A stretch of 64,000 bases of DNA from Pseudohongiella sp. GTDB taxonomy: Bacteria > Pseudomonadota > Gammaproteobacteria > Pseudomonadales > Pseudohongiellaceae. Below are positions 49,689-60,184 of the stretch, one piece after another. A program made the position numbers and the translations under genes. Below the pieces are notes generated by a model. The model did not search any database. It was not told the origin of the DNA and worked only from the letters and a program-made list of their open reading frames with translations. The DNA lies in contig DAITNA010000003.1 of the NCBI GenBank assembly GCA_036834885.1, positions 160,774 through 224,773 on the forward strand. The letters are read 5' to 3'. Each line of letters begins with the position of its first letter. Within the stretch, counting starts at the first letter, position 1.

Positions 49689-50784
49689 ATGGAAATTAAT
49701 CCATTTCTTCTGAAAATCAAGGACTTTACCGAGCGTACCGATACGCTCAGGGGGTATCTTTGACTTCGATACCAAAAAGGAAAGGCTGACCGAGGTCGAG
49801 CTGGAACTGGGTGAATCTGCGGTCTGGGACAAGCCCGAGTACGCGCAGGAACTGGGCCGTGAGCGCGCCAATCTGGAGCGCGTGGTCAATACCATTGAAC
49901 GCATGTACAGCGGTTTGTCCGACGCGCGCGAGCTGCTTCAGCTGGCGCAGGAAGAGAATGATGAGTCCCTGCTGGCCGATGTGGCCAGCGAGCTGGATGA
50001 TCTGGAAAAAGAGCTGGAGGCACTGGAATTCCGTCGCATGTTCTCCGGCAAGATGGATCCGAACAACGCCTATCTGGACATCCAGGCCGGCTCCGGCGGC
50101 ACCGAGGCGCAGGACTGGGCCGAGATGCTGATGCGTATGTACATGCGCTGGGGCGAGGCCAAAGGCTTCAGTGTTGAAGTACTGGAAGTGTCGGCCGGAG
50201 AGGTGGCGGGCATCAAAAGCGCCAGTATCCTGTTTACCGGTGAGTATGCGTTCGGCTGGTTGCGCACGGAAACCGGTGTGCACCGTCTGGTGCGCAAATC
50301 GCCGTTTGACTCCGGCAATCGTCGTCATACCTCGTTCTCCTCGGTGTTTGTGTCGCCGGAGATTGATGACGATATCGAGATCGAACTGGATATGTCGCAA
50401 GTGCGTGTGGACACTTTCCGCTCCAGCGGTGCCGGTGGTCAGCACGTTAACACCACCGATTCGGCGATTCGTCTGACGCACCTGCCCACCGGTATTGTGG
50501 TGCAGTGTCAGAACCAGCGTTCCCAGCACAAGAACAAGGACCAGGCCATCAAACAGCTCAAAGCCAAACTGTACGAGCTGGAAGAATTGAAGCGACGCCA
50601 GGAAGCCCAGGCCGTGGAGGCCGAAAAGTCCGACATCGGCTGGGGCAGCCAGATCCGCTCGTATGTGCTGGATCAGTCGCGTATCAAGGATTTGCGCACC
50701 AACGTGGAAAACACCAACACCGGCGCCGTACTCGACGGTGATCTGGACCGATTTATTGAAGCCAGTTTGAAAATGGGGCTGTAA
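49689..50784 (+). CDS. prfB: Peptide chain release factor 2 with programmed +1 frameshift (join 49689..49760, 49762..50784; 364 aa)
   Basis: Frame 0 encodes [24 protein letters not shown] and then an in-frame TGA. The +1 frame continues [17 protein letters not shown]... and carries the SPF and GGQ motifs. The site AGGGGGTATCTTTGAC is identical to the classical RF2 shift site. Confidence 0.93.
49749..49764 (+). promoter_or_regulatory. RF2 autoregulatory +1 frameshift site
   Basis: SD-like AGGGGG, a 3-nt spacer, then CTT TGA C (the slippery Leu codon at 49758-49760 and the stop at 49761-49763). Confidence 0.9.
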
Positions 50785-50789
50785 ACACG

Positions 50790-52322
50790 ATGACTCAGAA
50801 CAACTCAGACCAGATCCATGCGCAGGATGCCGAACAGCACGCGCTGGCCGCCCACGAAGAAAATCGCCTGATTGCCCAGCGTCGTGAAAAACTGCACGCC
50901 ATCCAGCAAAAGCGCAATGCGTTCCCCAACGATTTCCGTCGTGACACTTACGCGCAGGACATTCATCAGGCCTATGCTGACACCAGCCGGGAAGATTTGG
51001 AAAAGCTCGCACGCAAGGTCAAGGTGGCAGGTCGCCTGATTCGTGAACGCGGCCCGTTTCTGGTGATTCAGGACAGCACTGAAGCGCTGCAGCTCTACGT
51101 CAATCACAAGGCTTTGCCAGCTGAGATGATGGAAGAGATCAAGGCGCTGGATCTGGGTGACATCGTAGGAGTGTCCGGTGAAGTCTTTCGCACCGGTAAA
51201 GGTGAACTTACCGTGAACGTGGAATCGCTGCAGCTGCTGACCAAGGCGCTGCGCCCGCTGCCGGACAAGTGGAAAGGCCTGTCCGACACGGAAACCCGAT
51301 ACCGTCAGCGTTATGTCGACCTGATTGCCAATGAGGCGTCACGTCGCACCTTTGTGCTGCGCTCAAAAATCATCAACAGCATGCGTCAGTATTTCCAGTC
51401 ACAAGGTTTTATGGAAGTCGAGACACCGATGATGCACGTGATTCCCGGCGGCGCCAGTGCCAAGCCGTTTATCACCCATCACAATGCGCTCGATCAGACC
51501 ATGTACCTGCGTATTGCGCCGGAGCTGTACCTGAAGCGCCTGGTGGTCGGTGGTTTTGAAAAGGTATTCGAGATCAACCGCAATTTCCGTAATGAAGGTT
51601 TGTCCACGCGGCACAATCCCGAGTTCACCATGGTCGAGTTTTATCAGGCCTACGCGGACTATCACGACCTGATGGATTTCACCGAAAACATGTTCCGTCA
51701 GATTGCCATGGAAGTGCTCGGCACCACAGAGATTGTCTATCAGGGCCTGAAGATTGATTTTGCCCAACCGTTCACACGACTGAGCGTCAAGGATTCCATC
51801 CTGCGTTACTGTCAGGGTGTGACGGCAGACCAACTGGAAAACCGTGAAGCCGCTGCGCAGCTCGCCGGCAAATACGGTGTCAAGGTTGAGGCATCGTGGG
51901 GACTGGGTCGCATCATGATGGAAATTTTTGATGTCGCCGTTGAACACCATCTGCTGCAACCGACATTCATCACCGAATACCCCACCGAGATTTCACCGCT
52001 GGCCCGACGCAGCGACCACAACCCGGATGTCACCGACCGTTTTGAGCTGATGATTGGTGGACGCGAGCTGGCCAATGGTTTCTCCGAGCTCAACGATGCG
52101 GAAGATCAGGCGGCGCGTTTCCACGAGCAAGTTGCACAAAAAGATGCCGGTGATGATGAAGCCATGCATTTTGATGCGGACTACGTGACCGCGCTGGAAT
52201 ACGGCATGCCGCCCACGGCGGGTGAGGGTATTGGTGTCGACCGTCTGGTCATGCTGTTCACCGACGCACCGTCCATCAAGGACGTGCTGTTGTTCCCGCA
52301 CATGCGTCCGCTCAAGGATTGA
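50790..52322 (+). CDS. lysS: Lysyl-tRNA synthetase, class II (510 aa)
   Basis: [15 protein letters not shown]...[17 protein letters not shown]...FMEVETPMM...[20 protein letters not shown]...[14 protein letters not shown]. The prfB-lysS arrangement matches E. coli. Confidence 0.95.
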   Translation: MTQNNSDQIHAQDAEQHALAAHEENRLIAQRREKLHAIQQKRNAFPNDFRRDTYAQDIHQAYADTSREDLEKLARKVKVAGRLIRERGPFLVIQDSTEALQLYVNHKALPAEMMEEIKALDLGDIVGVSGEVFRTGKGELTVNVESLQLLTKALRPLPDKWKGLSDTETRYRQRYVDLIANEASRRTFVLRSKIINSMRQYFQSQGFMEVETPMMHVIPGGASAKPFITHHNALDQTMYLRIAPELYLKRLVVGGFEKVFEINRNFRNEGLSTRHNPEFTMVEFYQAYADYHDLMDFTENMFRQIAMEVLGTTEIVYQGLKIDFAQPFTRLSVKDSILRYCQGVTADQLENREAAAQLAGKYGVKVEASWGLGRIMMEIFDVAVEHHLLQPTFITEYPTEISPLARRSDHNPDVTDRFELMIGGRELANGFSELNDAEDQAARFHEQVAQKDAGDDEAMHFDADYVTALEYGMPPTAGEGIGVDRLVMLFTDAPSIKDVLLFPHMRPLKD

Positions 52323-52336
52323 CAAGGCACTGTCCG

Positions 52337-53026
52337 ATGAGAGATGTACGTCTGGAAGCATCCTGGAAAGCCGAACTGGCCGATGAGTTTGCCAAGGACT
52401 ACATGCAAGCGCTGCGGGCATTTTTGCTGCAGCGCAAGCAGGCCGGTCACACCATTTATCCGCCAGGGTCACAGATTTTTAATGCGCTGGATCACACACC
52501 CTTTGACAAGGTCAAAGTGGTGATTCTGGGACAAGACCCTTACCACGGTCCGGGTCAGGCGCACGGTCTGTGTTTTTCCGTGCAGCCCGGTGTTGCCATC
52601 CCGCCGTCATTGCAGAATATTTTCAAGGAAATCGAACGCGATCTGGGTGTGCGGCAACCGCGCCATGGTTGTTTGACGGCCTGGGCTGACCAGGGTGTGC
52701 TGTTGCTCAACGCAGTGCTCACGGTGGAAGCCGGTCAGGCCGGTTCGCATCAGGGCAAGGGCTGGGAGTTGTTTACCGACGCTGTAGTCAGCGCATTAAA
52801 TCGCAAGCGCGAGCATCTGGTGTTTTTGCTGTGGGGCAGTTACGCCCAGAAAAAAGGCGCGATGATTGACCGCCAGCGCCACCTGGTGCTGGAGTCGCCG
52901 CATCCCTCGCCGTTGTCTGCGCATCGCGGGTTTCTCGGGAACCGGCATTTTTCCACCACCAATCGTTATCTGGCTGAGCACGGTCTGGCGCCGATTGAAT
53001 GGCAGTTGCCAGCCACAACCGTGTGA
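52337..53026 (+). CDS. ung: Uracil-DNA glycosylase (229 aa)
   Basis: [22 protein letters not shown]...[11 protein letters not shown]...HPSPLSA are family-1 UDG motifs. The ATG at 52337 was chosen. Confidence 0.92.
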   Translation: MRDVRLEASWKAELADEFAKDYMQALRAFLLQRKQAGHTIYPPGSQIFNALDHTPFDKVKVVILGQDPYHGPGQAHGLCFSVQPGVAIPPSLQNIFKEIERDLGVRQPRHGCLTAWADQGVLLLNAVLTVEAGQAGSHQGKGWELFTDAVVSALNRKREHLVFLLWGSYAQKKGAMIDRQRHLVLESPHPSPLSAHRGFLGNRHFSTTNRYLAEHGLAPIEWQLPATTV

Positions 53027-53037
53027 CGGAGTTGACT

Positions 53038-54249
53038 ATGTCCTTATCAACCGCTACTTCGCCGGCTTGCGCCGTGATTGTGGGTGCCAGTCATGCCGGA
53101 TCTCAGCTGGCTGTGCATTTGCGCAAAAGTGGCTGGGTCGGGCGCATTGTGCTCGTAGGTGAGGAATCCTGGTTGCCATATCACCGGCCACCGCTGTCAA
53201 AAGCAGTGATGTCCGGCACCAAAGAGCCTGAGGCGATACAGCTGCGACCTGAAGCCCTGTATCAGAACAGTGAGATTGAGCTGCGCCTGTCGACGCGGGT
53301 AGACCGCATTCTGGCGGATCAGCAGCGTGTGTTGCTCGCCACGGGTGAGGCGCTGTCCTACGATGTACTGGCGCTGTGTACCGGCGCATCACCGCTGACA
53401 TTGCCCTTGGGTCAGGGTTTGTCCGGTGTGTGTTATCTGCGCACGCTGGATGATGTGCTGGCCATTCGTGCGCAGCTGGCGCAGGTGAAACAGGCGGTTG
53501 TCATCGGGGCCGGATACATCGGGCTGGAAGCCGCTGCCGTACTCAGGCAGTTGGGTGTGGATGTCACCGTGCTGGAGCGCGCCGAGCGCGTGCTGAAACG
53601 TGTCACCGGGGAGCAGGTGTCCCGTTATTTTGCCGCCCTGCATCAACAACATGGTGTGGCGCTGCATTGTGGTGTTGAGGTCACGGCCATCCATGGCACA
53701 AACCGGGTTGAATCAGTGATGTGCGCCGATGGCTCGGTATTCCCGGCACAGCTGGTGATTGTGGGTGTCGGCGTGAGTCCGCAAACAGCATTGGCTGCCA
53801 CTGCCGGGCTGCAACTGGATAACGGCATTTGTGTGAACGAGTACGGACAAAGCAGTGACCCGCGTATTTTTGCGGCAGGCGATTGCGCCAGTCATCCCTC
53901 ACGACTGTACCAGCGACGCTTGCGTCTTGAATCCGTGCAGAATGCCAATGACCAGTCACGCGTGGTGGCGCAGAATATGGTGGCGATTCAGCAGCAGCGT
54001 GAACCAGGTGATGTTTACGATGCGGTGCCCTGGTTCTGGTCCGATCAGTTTGATATCAAACTGCAATCGGCCGGTTTGCATCAGGACTTTGATCACACGG
54101 AGCTGGAAGGCAGTCTGGATCCGGCAGACACTGGCGGTTTTGTGGTGCGTTATTTCCGGCAGGGCACATTGATTGCAGCAGATTGTGTCAATCGGCCCAA
54201 AGACTTCATGGCCATTAAAACGGCACTGACCAATCAATCATCGTCATGA
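53038..54249 (+). CDS. FAD/NAD(P)-dependent oxidoreductase, ferredoxin/rubredoxin-reductase-like (403 aa)
   Basis: Two Rossmann GxGxxG motifs (VIVGASHAG; VVIGAGYIGLEAAAVL), IFAAGDCA, and a C-terminal reductase domain (WFWSDQFD). Confidence 0.8.
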   Translation: MSLSTATSPACAVIVGASHAGSQLAVHLRKSGWVGRIVLVGEESWLPYHRPPLSKAVMSGTKEPEAIQLRPEALYQNSEIELRLSTRVDRILADQQRVLLATGEALSYDVLALCTGASPLTLPLGQGLSGVCYLRTLDDVLAIRAQLAQVKQAVVIGAGYIGLEAAAVLRQLGVDVTVLERAERVLKRVTGEQVSRYFAALHQQHGVALHCGVEVTAIHGTNRVESVMCADGSVFPAQLVIVGVGVSPQTALAATAGLQLDNGICVNEYGQSSDPRIFAAGDCASHPSRLYQRRLRLESVQNANDQSRVVAQNMVAIQQQREPGDVYDAVPWFWSDQFDIKLQSAGLHQDFDHTELEGSLDPADTGGFVVRYFRQGTLIAADCVNRPKDFMAIKTALTNQSSS

Positions 54250-54253
54250 CCTG

Positions 54254-54613
54254 TCAGCGCGGGCCGGTGTAAATACAGCCGCTGGTGCAGGTCTCACGAA
54301 TTTCAACACGCGACAGTTCAGGCAGTGCCGGTTTGAGTTTTGCCCAGATCCACACGGCAATATTTTCGCTGGTCGGATTTTCCAGCCCCTCAATCTCATT
54401 CAGGTAATGATGATCGAGCTGTTCCCAAACCGGCTTGAAAGCTTTTTTGATATCACCAAAATCCATCACCCAGCCGCTGTGTTCACCCACGGGTCCACTG
54501 ACAACAATGCGTACCAGAAATGAGTGTCCATGCAGCCGCGCACACTTGTGGCCCAGCGGGACATTCGGCAGGCGATGTGCTGCTTCGAAATTGAACTCTT
54601 TAAAAATTTCCAT
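54254..54613 (-). CDS. queD: 6-carboxy-5,6,7,8-tetrahydropterin synthase QueD (119 aa)
   Basis: [32 protein letters not shown]...[10 protein letters not shown]...LDHHYLN...[10 protein letters not shown]. Confidence 0.92.
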   Translation of the reverse strand: MEIFKEFNFEAAHRLPNVPLGHKCARLHGHSFLVRIVVSGPVGEHSGWVMDFGDIKKAFKPVWEQLDHHYLNEIEGLENPTSENIAVWIWAKLKPALPELSRVEIRETCTSGCIYTGPR

Positions 54614-54750
54614 GGACCTTGTTCCGATAAACTTCGACAAATTCTGATAAAAAATCGGGCAATAAAATGCGATTGCCATACTAACGGCGCAGTGCTTGCT
54701 TGTACAGTTTCAACGGTCCCGGAGGCTGTCTCAAAAAGTACAAATTCTAT

Positions 54751-54778
54751 TTGACATGCCAGTTCAAGTCGGTAAAAT
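54751..54778 (+). promoter_or_regulatory. Sigma-70 promoter candidate for the tRNA-Val/tRNA-Asp operon
   Basis: TTGACA (54751-54756), 16 nt, then TAAAAT (54773-54778), followed by the GC-rich discriminator GCGCACC. Confidence 0.6.
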
Positions 54779-54797
54779 GCGCACCACTCAACACAGC

Positions 54798-54873
54798 GGG
54801 ATGTTAGCTCAGTTGGTAGAGCGTCGCCCTTACAAGGCGAATGTCGGGGGTTCAAATCCCTCACATCCCACCA
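54798..54873 (+). tRNA. tRNA-Val (anticodon UAC)
   Basis: Acceptor stem GGGATGT/ACATCCC, anticodon loop CTTACAA, T-arm GGTTCAAATCC, and a 3' CCA. Length 76 nt. Confidence 0.93.
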
Positions 54874-54888
54874 AAGTTGTTGTTCTGC

Positions 54889-54965
54889 GGACCGGTAGTT
54901 CAGTCGGTCAGAATGCCGGCCTGTCACGCCGGAGGTCGCGGGTTCGAGCCCCGTCCGGTCCGCCA
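54889..54965 (+). tRNA. tRNA-Asp (anticodon GUC)
   Basis: GGACCGGTAGTTCAGTCGGTCAGAATGCCGGCCTGTCACGCCGGAGGTCGCGGGTTCGAGCCCCGTCCGGTCCGCCA is very close to E. coli tRNA-Asp. Length 77 nt. Confidence 0.93.
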
Positions 54966-54975
54966 CTATTCAGAG

Positions 54976-55004
54976 AAGCCCTTGTACTCCAAGGGCTTTT
55001 TTAT
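54976..55004 (+). terminator. Intrinsic terminator after the tRNA operon
   Basis: AAGCCCTTG, loop TACTC, CAAGGGCTT, followed by TTTTT. Confidence 0.8.
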
Positions 55005-55024
55005 TTCAGCAGCCGGATAAATCC

Positions 55025-55933
55025 ATGAGACTGCCTGATACCGTGCCAGTCACCGCCTTGCATGACCCGCTGATCACACAGGCAGGGATCAGCGTGGATG
55101 TCTTGCGTCTGGATCTGATCGATCCTGTCCTCAATGGCAACAAACCCTTCAAGCTCATCGATAATCTGGCGCAGGCAAAAGCGCAGGGTCACCGCCGTGT
55201 GCTCAGTTTTGGTGGCGCCTGGTCCAATCACATCCACGCGCTGGCGGAAGCCGGTTATCGTGAGGGACTGGAGACCGTTGCTGTCATTCGCGGTGATGAC
55301 CCCGCCGCACAAAACACGGCAACACTGGATTTTGCAGTTGCCAGAGGCATGCGTCTGATACGGGTGTCGCGTGCTGATTACCGTCGACGTCACGAGCCGG
55401 AATTTCTGGCGCAGTTGCAGGATCAACACGGCCCTTTTTATCTGGTCCCCGAAGGCGGCGCCAATGCCGCCGGTGTCAAAGGCTGTCAGCAACTGGCTGG
55501 CCTGATCCGGCGCAGTGCCCCGCACTGGCCGGACGAGATTGCACTGGCCTGCGGTACGGGTGCCACCTTGGCGGGGCTGGTCGCCGGCTTGCATGTGCAG
55601 GCAACACCCGCACTGGTCAGGGGAGTTGCTGTACTCAAAGGTGGAGATTTTCTGCATCAGGACATCAGGCGCTGGCTGCCCGCAGAGCTTGCGATGGGCA
55701 ACTGGGCGCTGGAGACTGCTTTCCACTTTGGCGGATATGCCTGTTATCCGGCGCCGCTCAGGGAGTTTGTCAGTGACTTCGAGTCGCGTCACGGCATGCT
55801 GCTCGATCCGGTCTATACGGCCAAACTGTTCGCGGCCGTGTATCAACGAGTGCAAGATGGGTGTTATCGCGCCGGCACCCGTTTGTTGCTGGTGCACTCG
55901 GGTGGATTGCAGGGGCGAGCCGGTCGGTTGTGA
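55025..55933 (+). CDS. PLP-dependent enzyme of the ACC deaminase / D-cysteine desulfhydrase family (302 aa)
   Basis: LNGNKPFKLIDNLAQAKAQGHRRVLSFGGAWSNHIHALA has the family-typical Lys-containing N-terminal motif and fold-type II pattern. Confidence 0.7.
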   Translation: MRLPDTVPVTALHDPLITQAGISVDVLRLDLIDPVLNGNKPFKLIDNLAQAKAQGHRRVLSFGGAWSNHIHALAEAGYREGLETVAVIRGDDPAAQNTATLDFAVARGMRLIRVSRADYRRRHEPEFLAQLQDQHGPFYLVPEGGANAAGVKGCQQLAGLIRRSAPHWPDEIALACGTGATLAGLVAGLHVQATPALVRGVAVLKGGDFLHQDIRRWLPAELAMGNWALETAFHFGGYACYPAPLREFVSDFESRHGMLLDPVYTAKLFAAVYQRVQDGCYRAGTRLLLVHSGGLQGRAGRL

Positions 55934-56027
55934 TCAGACCATGTTGCAACTGGGGTGGAAAAATTTCCCACGCCAAGCTATGCTGGCCGTCAATTCCTGA
56001 ATAGCGCGGGTTCTACGCCCCAATATC

Positions 56028-58322
56028 ATGACCATGAGTCGAGTCCTGCAAGCGCTACCCTGTCTGCGCAACGCTGCCCATGCGGCGTGTTTGCGGTCCC
56101 GGCGCATTCTGCTGTCAGCGCTTGCCGCCAGCATGCTGATGACAGGCAGTGCATCCGCCCAGCCTTCTGTTGCAGGTGCTAGCGATGTGCCTGCCCTTGA
56201 GGTCAGTTTTTCTGCGGCCGCACTGGCTCAGGCGGCACCGGGAGACCAGTTTTCATTTGCGCTGCCGTTGGCCGGTGGCGACACCATCGTGGTCACTGCG
56301 GTCATCGAAGAAGACGGGCAGTTTATCAATGGCGACCGGGTGATTTTTGCCAAAGGCATCGCCGGGCAACCCGAGTTTGAGTCCTTGCGTCTGGTGCTGA
56401 CCGCAGGCGCTGACGCGGTGTTTGCTGAAATCACCCTGGCAGGGCAGCGCTGGATGCTGGACGCGTCGCGTGAGCATGACCAGATCAGCGGTGTGCTGTA
56501 CAGCGCCGATGCCAGCAAGGCAGCTGCAGAAACCTCGTTGCCCGTACCGGCGGGTGCCGCCGATTTTGTGATTCCCGACTTGCGGGCACCCGATGGTGTG
56601 GTGCGCCCGGCGGCCCCCGACAGACCTGCTCCCAGCCCGCTGGCCATTGGCAGTGGCTCATCAAGCCCGCAGGTGCTGGCCTCGTCAGCACTGGAAATCA
56701 GTCAGCAGTTCAGCGAGTTCGCGCTCTACGTTGGCGAAAGCCGCGATCTTGAAGTCAGCGTGCAGTTTCGCAATACCGGTGCACAAGCACTGAGCCGGGT
56801 GACAGCCGATGTCTACTTTATTCTGGAAGATGCCGAGCTGATCAGCGCGCCGGCCTGCACACGCGTGCTCACCAATACCTCGCCGCGGCAGCCGATTTTG
56901 CGCTGTGATCTGCCCGGCTCATTGGCGCCGGGTGCCACACGCACGCTGAATTATCAGGTGCGGGTGCCAGCCAAAACATCGCCTATGCGTCTGTGGAGCA
57001 CGGTCTTTGTGGGCAGTCAGCGCCACGATGCCAATCTCAATGTGGTCAACAACCTGTATTCAGCCTTCCAATCCGGTGAGGCCAATCCATCCGAACAAAC
57101 CACCTATCCGGGGCTGGTCAGTGACCGGCTGGGCAATGTCGTGATCGATGTGATGACACTGTATACCCAGGATGCCGAAGCCTTGTACGGACCGGCAACC
57201 GCCACCCGGATCAACCAGCTGATCAGTGTGGCCAACCAGATTTATCAGAACAGTGGCGTCGCGATCACCCTGCGTCCGGTACACCATGCCAGAGTGCCCT
57301 ACACGGCGGGTGGCGGGGACATGTATCAGCAACTCGATCAGCTCACCAGCGGCAGCCACCCGGCATTTTCCCAGGTCAAACAGCTGCGTGAACGTTTCGG
57401 GGCCGATCTGGTGGTGTTGTTCCGACCCATGGATTTGCAGTCAGACCTGTGTGGTCTGGCCAATCTGGGGGGATATCGCACACTGGGCGACATGAGTGCC
57501 TTTAATGAAAAAGATTATGCCTATTCGCTGGTAGCCATTGATTGCCCGGTCACCTCGGCGCTGGTACACGAACTCGGGCACAACATGGGTTTGACCCATT
57601 CCCATCTGGAAGATGGCTCGGGCGGGACCTTTCCCTTTGCGACCGGGTACGGTGTCAGCGGGCAGTTCACCACGGTGATGGCCACCCCGCGACGCTTTGG
57701 CAATGCCACCCGTATTGGCCGATTCTCGGATCCCTCGGCGCTGTGCCTGGGCATGCCTTGCGGGGTTGATCACCTGGATGCCCAACACGGCGCCAATGCC
57801 GTGCGGGCGCTGAACATGGTGCGCTTCCAGATCGCGTCCTATATGCCAACGCGTGTGCCGCTGTTGCCATCGCGCCAGGTTGGCCGACTCAGTGGCGAGT
57901 TCACCTCGGCCCGCATTGGCATTGCGGCCTCCACCGACAAGGGGCTCAGTCACGCACAGCAGGTCAACCCGAGCCAGCGCATGGATATCAGCGCTGATTT
58001 TTATGTCGACAGCAATCACGTCGGCCAGCAGGGGCAGTTTCACGTCCTGGCCGATCTCAGTGCAGCCGGTCTGGGGCTGGTACAGCTGAATGAGCGCGGC
58101 GAGATTTTTGGCTGGGACGGTTCGGTCAAAGGGCTGGTGCCATTTAGTGCGCCAGCTGCACTCAAACCGGTGGAGTACCTGCGTATTCTCAGTGATTTCC
58201 AGCCAGTGAAAGAGCTGCACGGTTTCCCGCTGGTGCTGTTTCTGGCCTATCAGCTGAGCTCGACCGGTGATGTGATTTACACCCGGGAGCCGCTGGTTGT
58301 CGAGATTGCACCTGGCCGCTGA
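56028..58322 (+). CDS. Secreted zinc metalloprotease, metzincin (reprolysin-like) catalytic domain with large N- and C-terminal extensions (764 aa)
   Basis: Signal peptide ending ..MLMTGSASAQP. HELGHNMGLTHSH (HExxHxxGxxH) is at about nt 57567-57605. FSDPSALCLGMPCG follows, as in reprolysin-like bacterial peptidases. Confidence 0.75.
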   Translation: MTMSRVLQALPCLRNAAHAACLRSRRILLSALAASMLMTGSASAQPSVAGASDVPALEVSFSAAALAQAAPGDQFSFALPLAGGDTIVVTAVIEEDGQFINGDRVIFAKGIAGQPEFESLRLVLTAGADAVFAEITLAGQRWMLDASREHDQISGVLYSADASKAAAETSLPVPAGAADFVIPDLRAPDGVVRPAAPDRPAPSPLAIGSGSSSPQVLASSALEISQQFSEFALYVGESRDLEVSVQFRNTGAQALSRVTADVYFILEDAELISAPACTRVLTNTSPRQPILRCDLPGSLAPGATRTLNYQVRVPAKTSPMRLWSTVFVGSQRHDANLNVVNNLYSAFQSGEANPSEQTTYPGLVSDRLGNVVIDVMTLYTQDAEALYGPATATRINQLISVANQIYQNSGVAITLRPVHHARVPYTAGGGDMYQQLDQLTSGSHPAFSQVKQLRERFGADLVVLFRPMDLQSDLCGLANLGGYRTLGDMSAFNEKDYAYSLVAIDCPVTSALVHELGHNMGLTHSHLEDGSGGTFPFATGYGVSGQFTTVMATPRRFGNATRIGRFSDPSALCLGMPCGVDHLDAQHGANAVRALNMVRFQIASYMPTRVPLLPSRQVGRLSGEFTSARIGIAASTDKGLSHAQQVNPSQRMDISADFYVDSNHVGQQGQFHVLADLSAAGLGLVQLNERGEIFGWDGSVKGLVPFSAPAALKPVEYLRILSDFQPVKELHGFPLVLFLAYQLSSTGDVIYTREPLVVEIAPGR

Positions 58323-58414
58323 GCCTGTCCCGGGTGACCTTCAAGCGTCCAGCTCTGCGCCGCAGGCCCCGTGTTATACTCGCCGCAGTCTCGATGACGG
58401 ATGGGAATCCCGGC

Positions 58415-59305
58415 ATGTCTAAATTCAAACAGATTGGTCTGGTCGGTCGACCGGGCCATAGCGGTGTAGTCGAAACCCTGCAGCGGCTGATTGCCTTTTT
58501 GCAGTCACGCGCACACAACGTCGTGCTGGAGCAGATGACTGCCGAGCTGGTGCCTAACAGCAAACTGCCAGTGTTTGTACGCCACGAACTCGGTGCCCAG
58601 TGTGATCTGGTGATTGTGGTGGGCGGCGACGGCAGCATGCTCAATGCCGCCCGTGCGCTGGTCGATCATGATGTGCCGGTGCTGGGCGTCAACCGCGGCC
58701 GACTCGGCTTCCTCACTGATATTTCCCCCGATGACATCGAAAGTGCGCTGGGCGCCGTGCTTGATGGCCATTTCCGCGAAGAGTCGCGTTTTATGCTGGA
58801 TTTTGAAGTGTTGCGCGAGGGGCGTGTGATCCCCGGTTGCCCGGCACTGAACGATGTGGTGCTGCACCCCGGTACCGCAGCGCAGATGATAGAGTTTGAG
58901 CTGTTTATCAACGGCCAGTTTGTCAATTCACAGCAGTCTGACGGTTTGATTGTGGCGACACCTACCGGTTCCACCGCGTATTCGCTTTCTGCCGGTGGAC
59001 CCATCATGCACCCGAGTCTGAACGCGATGGTGCTGGTACCGATGTACCCGCATACGCTGAGCAGTAGGCCGCTGGTGGTGGCGGCGGACAGCGAAATACG
59101 CCTGGATGTGATGCGCCAGCGAGGCATCCTGCCACTGGTCAGTTGTGATGGCGCCGTGCGCTTTCATACCGAGCCCGGTGACAGCATCGTCATCCGTAAA
59201 AAGGCGGGGCCACTGCGTCTGGTTCATCCGCTGGACTACAATTACTACGAGGCCTGCCGCAGCAAACTGGGCTGGGGCAACCGACTGGTTCGGGACGATG
59301 CATAG
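58415..59305 (+). CDS. nadK: NAD kinase (296 aa)
   Basis: IGLVGRPGH...DLVIVVGGDGSMLNAAR...VLGVNRGRLGFLTD...NDVVL...SDGLIVATPTGSTAYSLSAGGPI. The ATG at 58415 was chosen. Confidence 0.93.
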   Translation: MSKFKQIGLVGRPGHSGVVETLQRLIAFLQSRAHNVVLEQMTAELVPNSKLPVFVRHELGAQCDLVIVVGGDGSMLNAARALVDHDVPVLGVNRGRLGFLTDISPDDIESALGAVLDGHFREESRFMLDFEVLREGRVIPGCPALNDVVLHPGTAAQMIEFELFINGQFVNSQQSDGLIVATPTGSTAYSLSAGGPIMHPSLNAMVLVPMYPHTLSSRPLVVAADSEIRLDVMRQRGILPLVSCDGAVRFHTEPGDSIVIRKKAGPLRLVHPLDYNYYEACRSKLGWGNRLVRDDA

Positions 59306-60182
59306 AGCTGTCAGCGTTAATGCACAAACCGATCTCAGACCTTTTCTGGCGATCCTGAAAAGTTATCAGATCCGGCACCATGTCACCGAGGAGTCCGGGA
59401 AGCTGGTGCTGTGGGCAGCGGATGAGGTGCAGGCACAAATGATTGCCTCAGCCTTTGAGCAGTGGCAATCCGGTGAGCTGGTTGTGCCAGCGGGCATGGA
59501 TGCACGCGCTGCGCAGCAGACACCGCGCCTGTTGCCCGTCAAATCGATGCTGCAAGGTTTGATCAATGCGATGTGGCTGGCGCCACTGACGGTGTTGTTG
59601 ATACTGGCTTGTGTGGCTGTTGCGCTGATCAGCAATCTGGGTGCGGATCTGCAACCGGTGCGCGCGCTGTTTTTTCCGGATGTTGCAGCGCCAGGTCAAT
59701 TTCCTTTGCTGGCGCTGGTCAATGGTCTGGATTCGGTGTCCGACTGGTTGCGAACCCTGACCCCGGCCTTGCTGCATTTTGGTCCGCTGCATCTGGTCTT
59801 TAACCTGCTGTGGCTGTGGTTTTTTGGTCGCATGATGGAACCGGTGCTGGGCAAGCTGGCTTATGCGCTGGTGATTGTGGTGATGGCGTTCACTGGCAAT
59901 GTGCTGCAATACCTGTGGTCAGCTGACATCAATTTTGGTGGCATGTCCGGTGTTGTCTACGGCCAGATCGGTCTGATCTGGATGTGGCAGAGTCTGCGTC
60001 CCTACACCTCGTTGCGCTTGCCGCTGCCGATGATCATGGTGTTTTTGCTGGCGCTGGTGCTGATGGAAATTCTGGCCTCGTCGATGATAGCCAGTGCGGC
60101 CCATCTGGGTGGTTTGCTGGCAGGCATGTTGTGCGGCTTGGTGCTGGGAATATTGTACAAATCTGACAGAGTCAGGAGATAG
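59298..60182 (+). CDS. glpG: Rhomboid-family intramembrane serine protease, GlpG-like (294 aa)
   Basis: Cytoplasmic N domain followed by 6 TM segments. The catalytic GGMSGVVYG (Ser) and AAHLGGLLAG (His) are present. The start overlaps the nadK stop by 8 nt (ATGCATAG). Confidence 0.85.
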   Translation: MHRAVSVNAQTDLRPFLAILKSYQIRHHVTEESGKLVLWAADEVQAQMIASAFEQWQSGELVVPAGMDARAAQQTPRLLPVKSMLQGLINAMWLAPLTVLLILACVAVALISNLGADLQPVRALFFPDVAAPGQFPLLALVNGLDSVSDWLRTLTPALLHFGPLHLVFNLLWLWFFGRMMEPVLGKLAYALVIVVMAFTGNVLQYLWSADINFGGMSGVVYGQIGLIWMWQSLRPYTSLRLPLPMIMVFLLALVLMEILASSMIASAAHLGGLLAGMLCGLVLGILYKSDRVRR

Positions 60183-60184
60183 GT

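Noticed and set aside
49747-51012. A 421-aa ORF on the minus strand, one of the longest in the track.
   Set aside because: It lies entirely antisense to the unmistakable prfB and lysS genes. Its composition (Arg/Gly/His/Gln/Ala-rich, no recognisable motifs) is what antisense frames of GC-rich coding DNA produce.
54595-54640. A TCCGATAA sequence resembling a sigma-28 -10 box near the queD start.
   Set aside because: The nearest TAAA-type -35 element is about 17 nt away, which is the wrong spacing, and there is no flagellar context.
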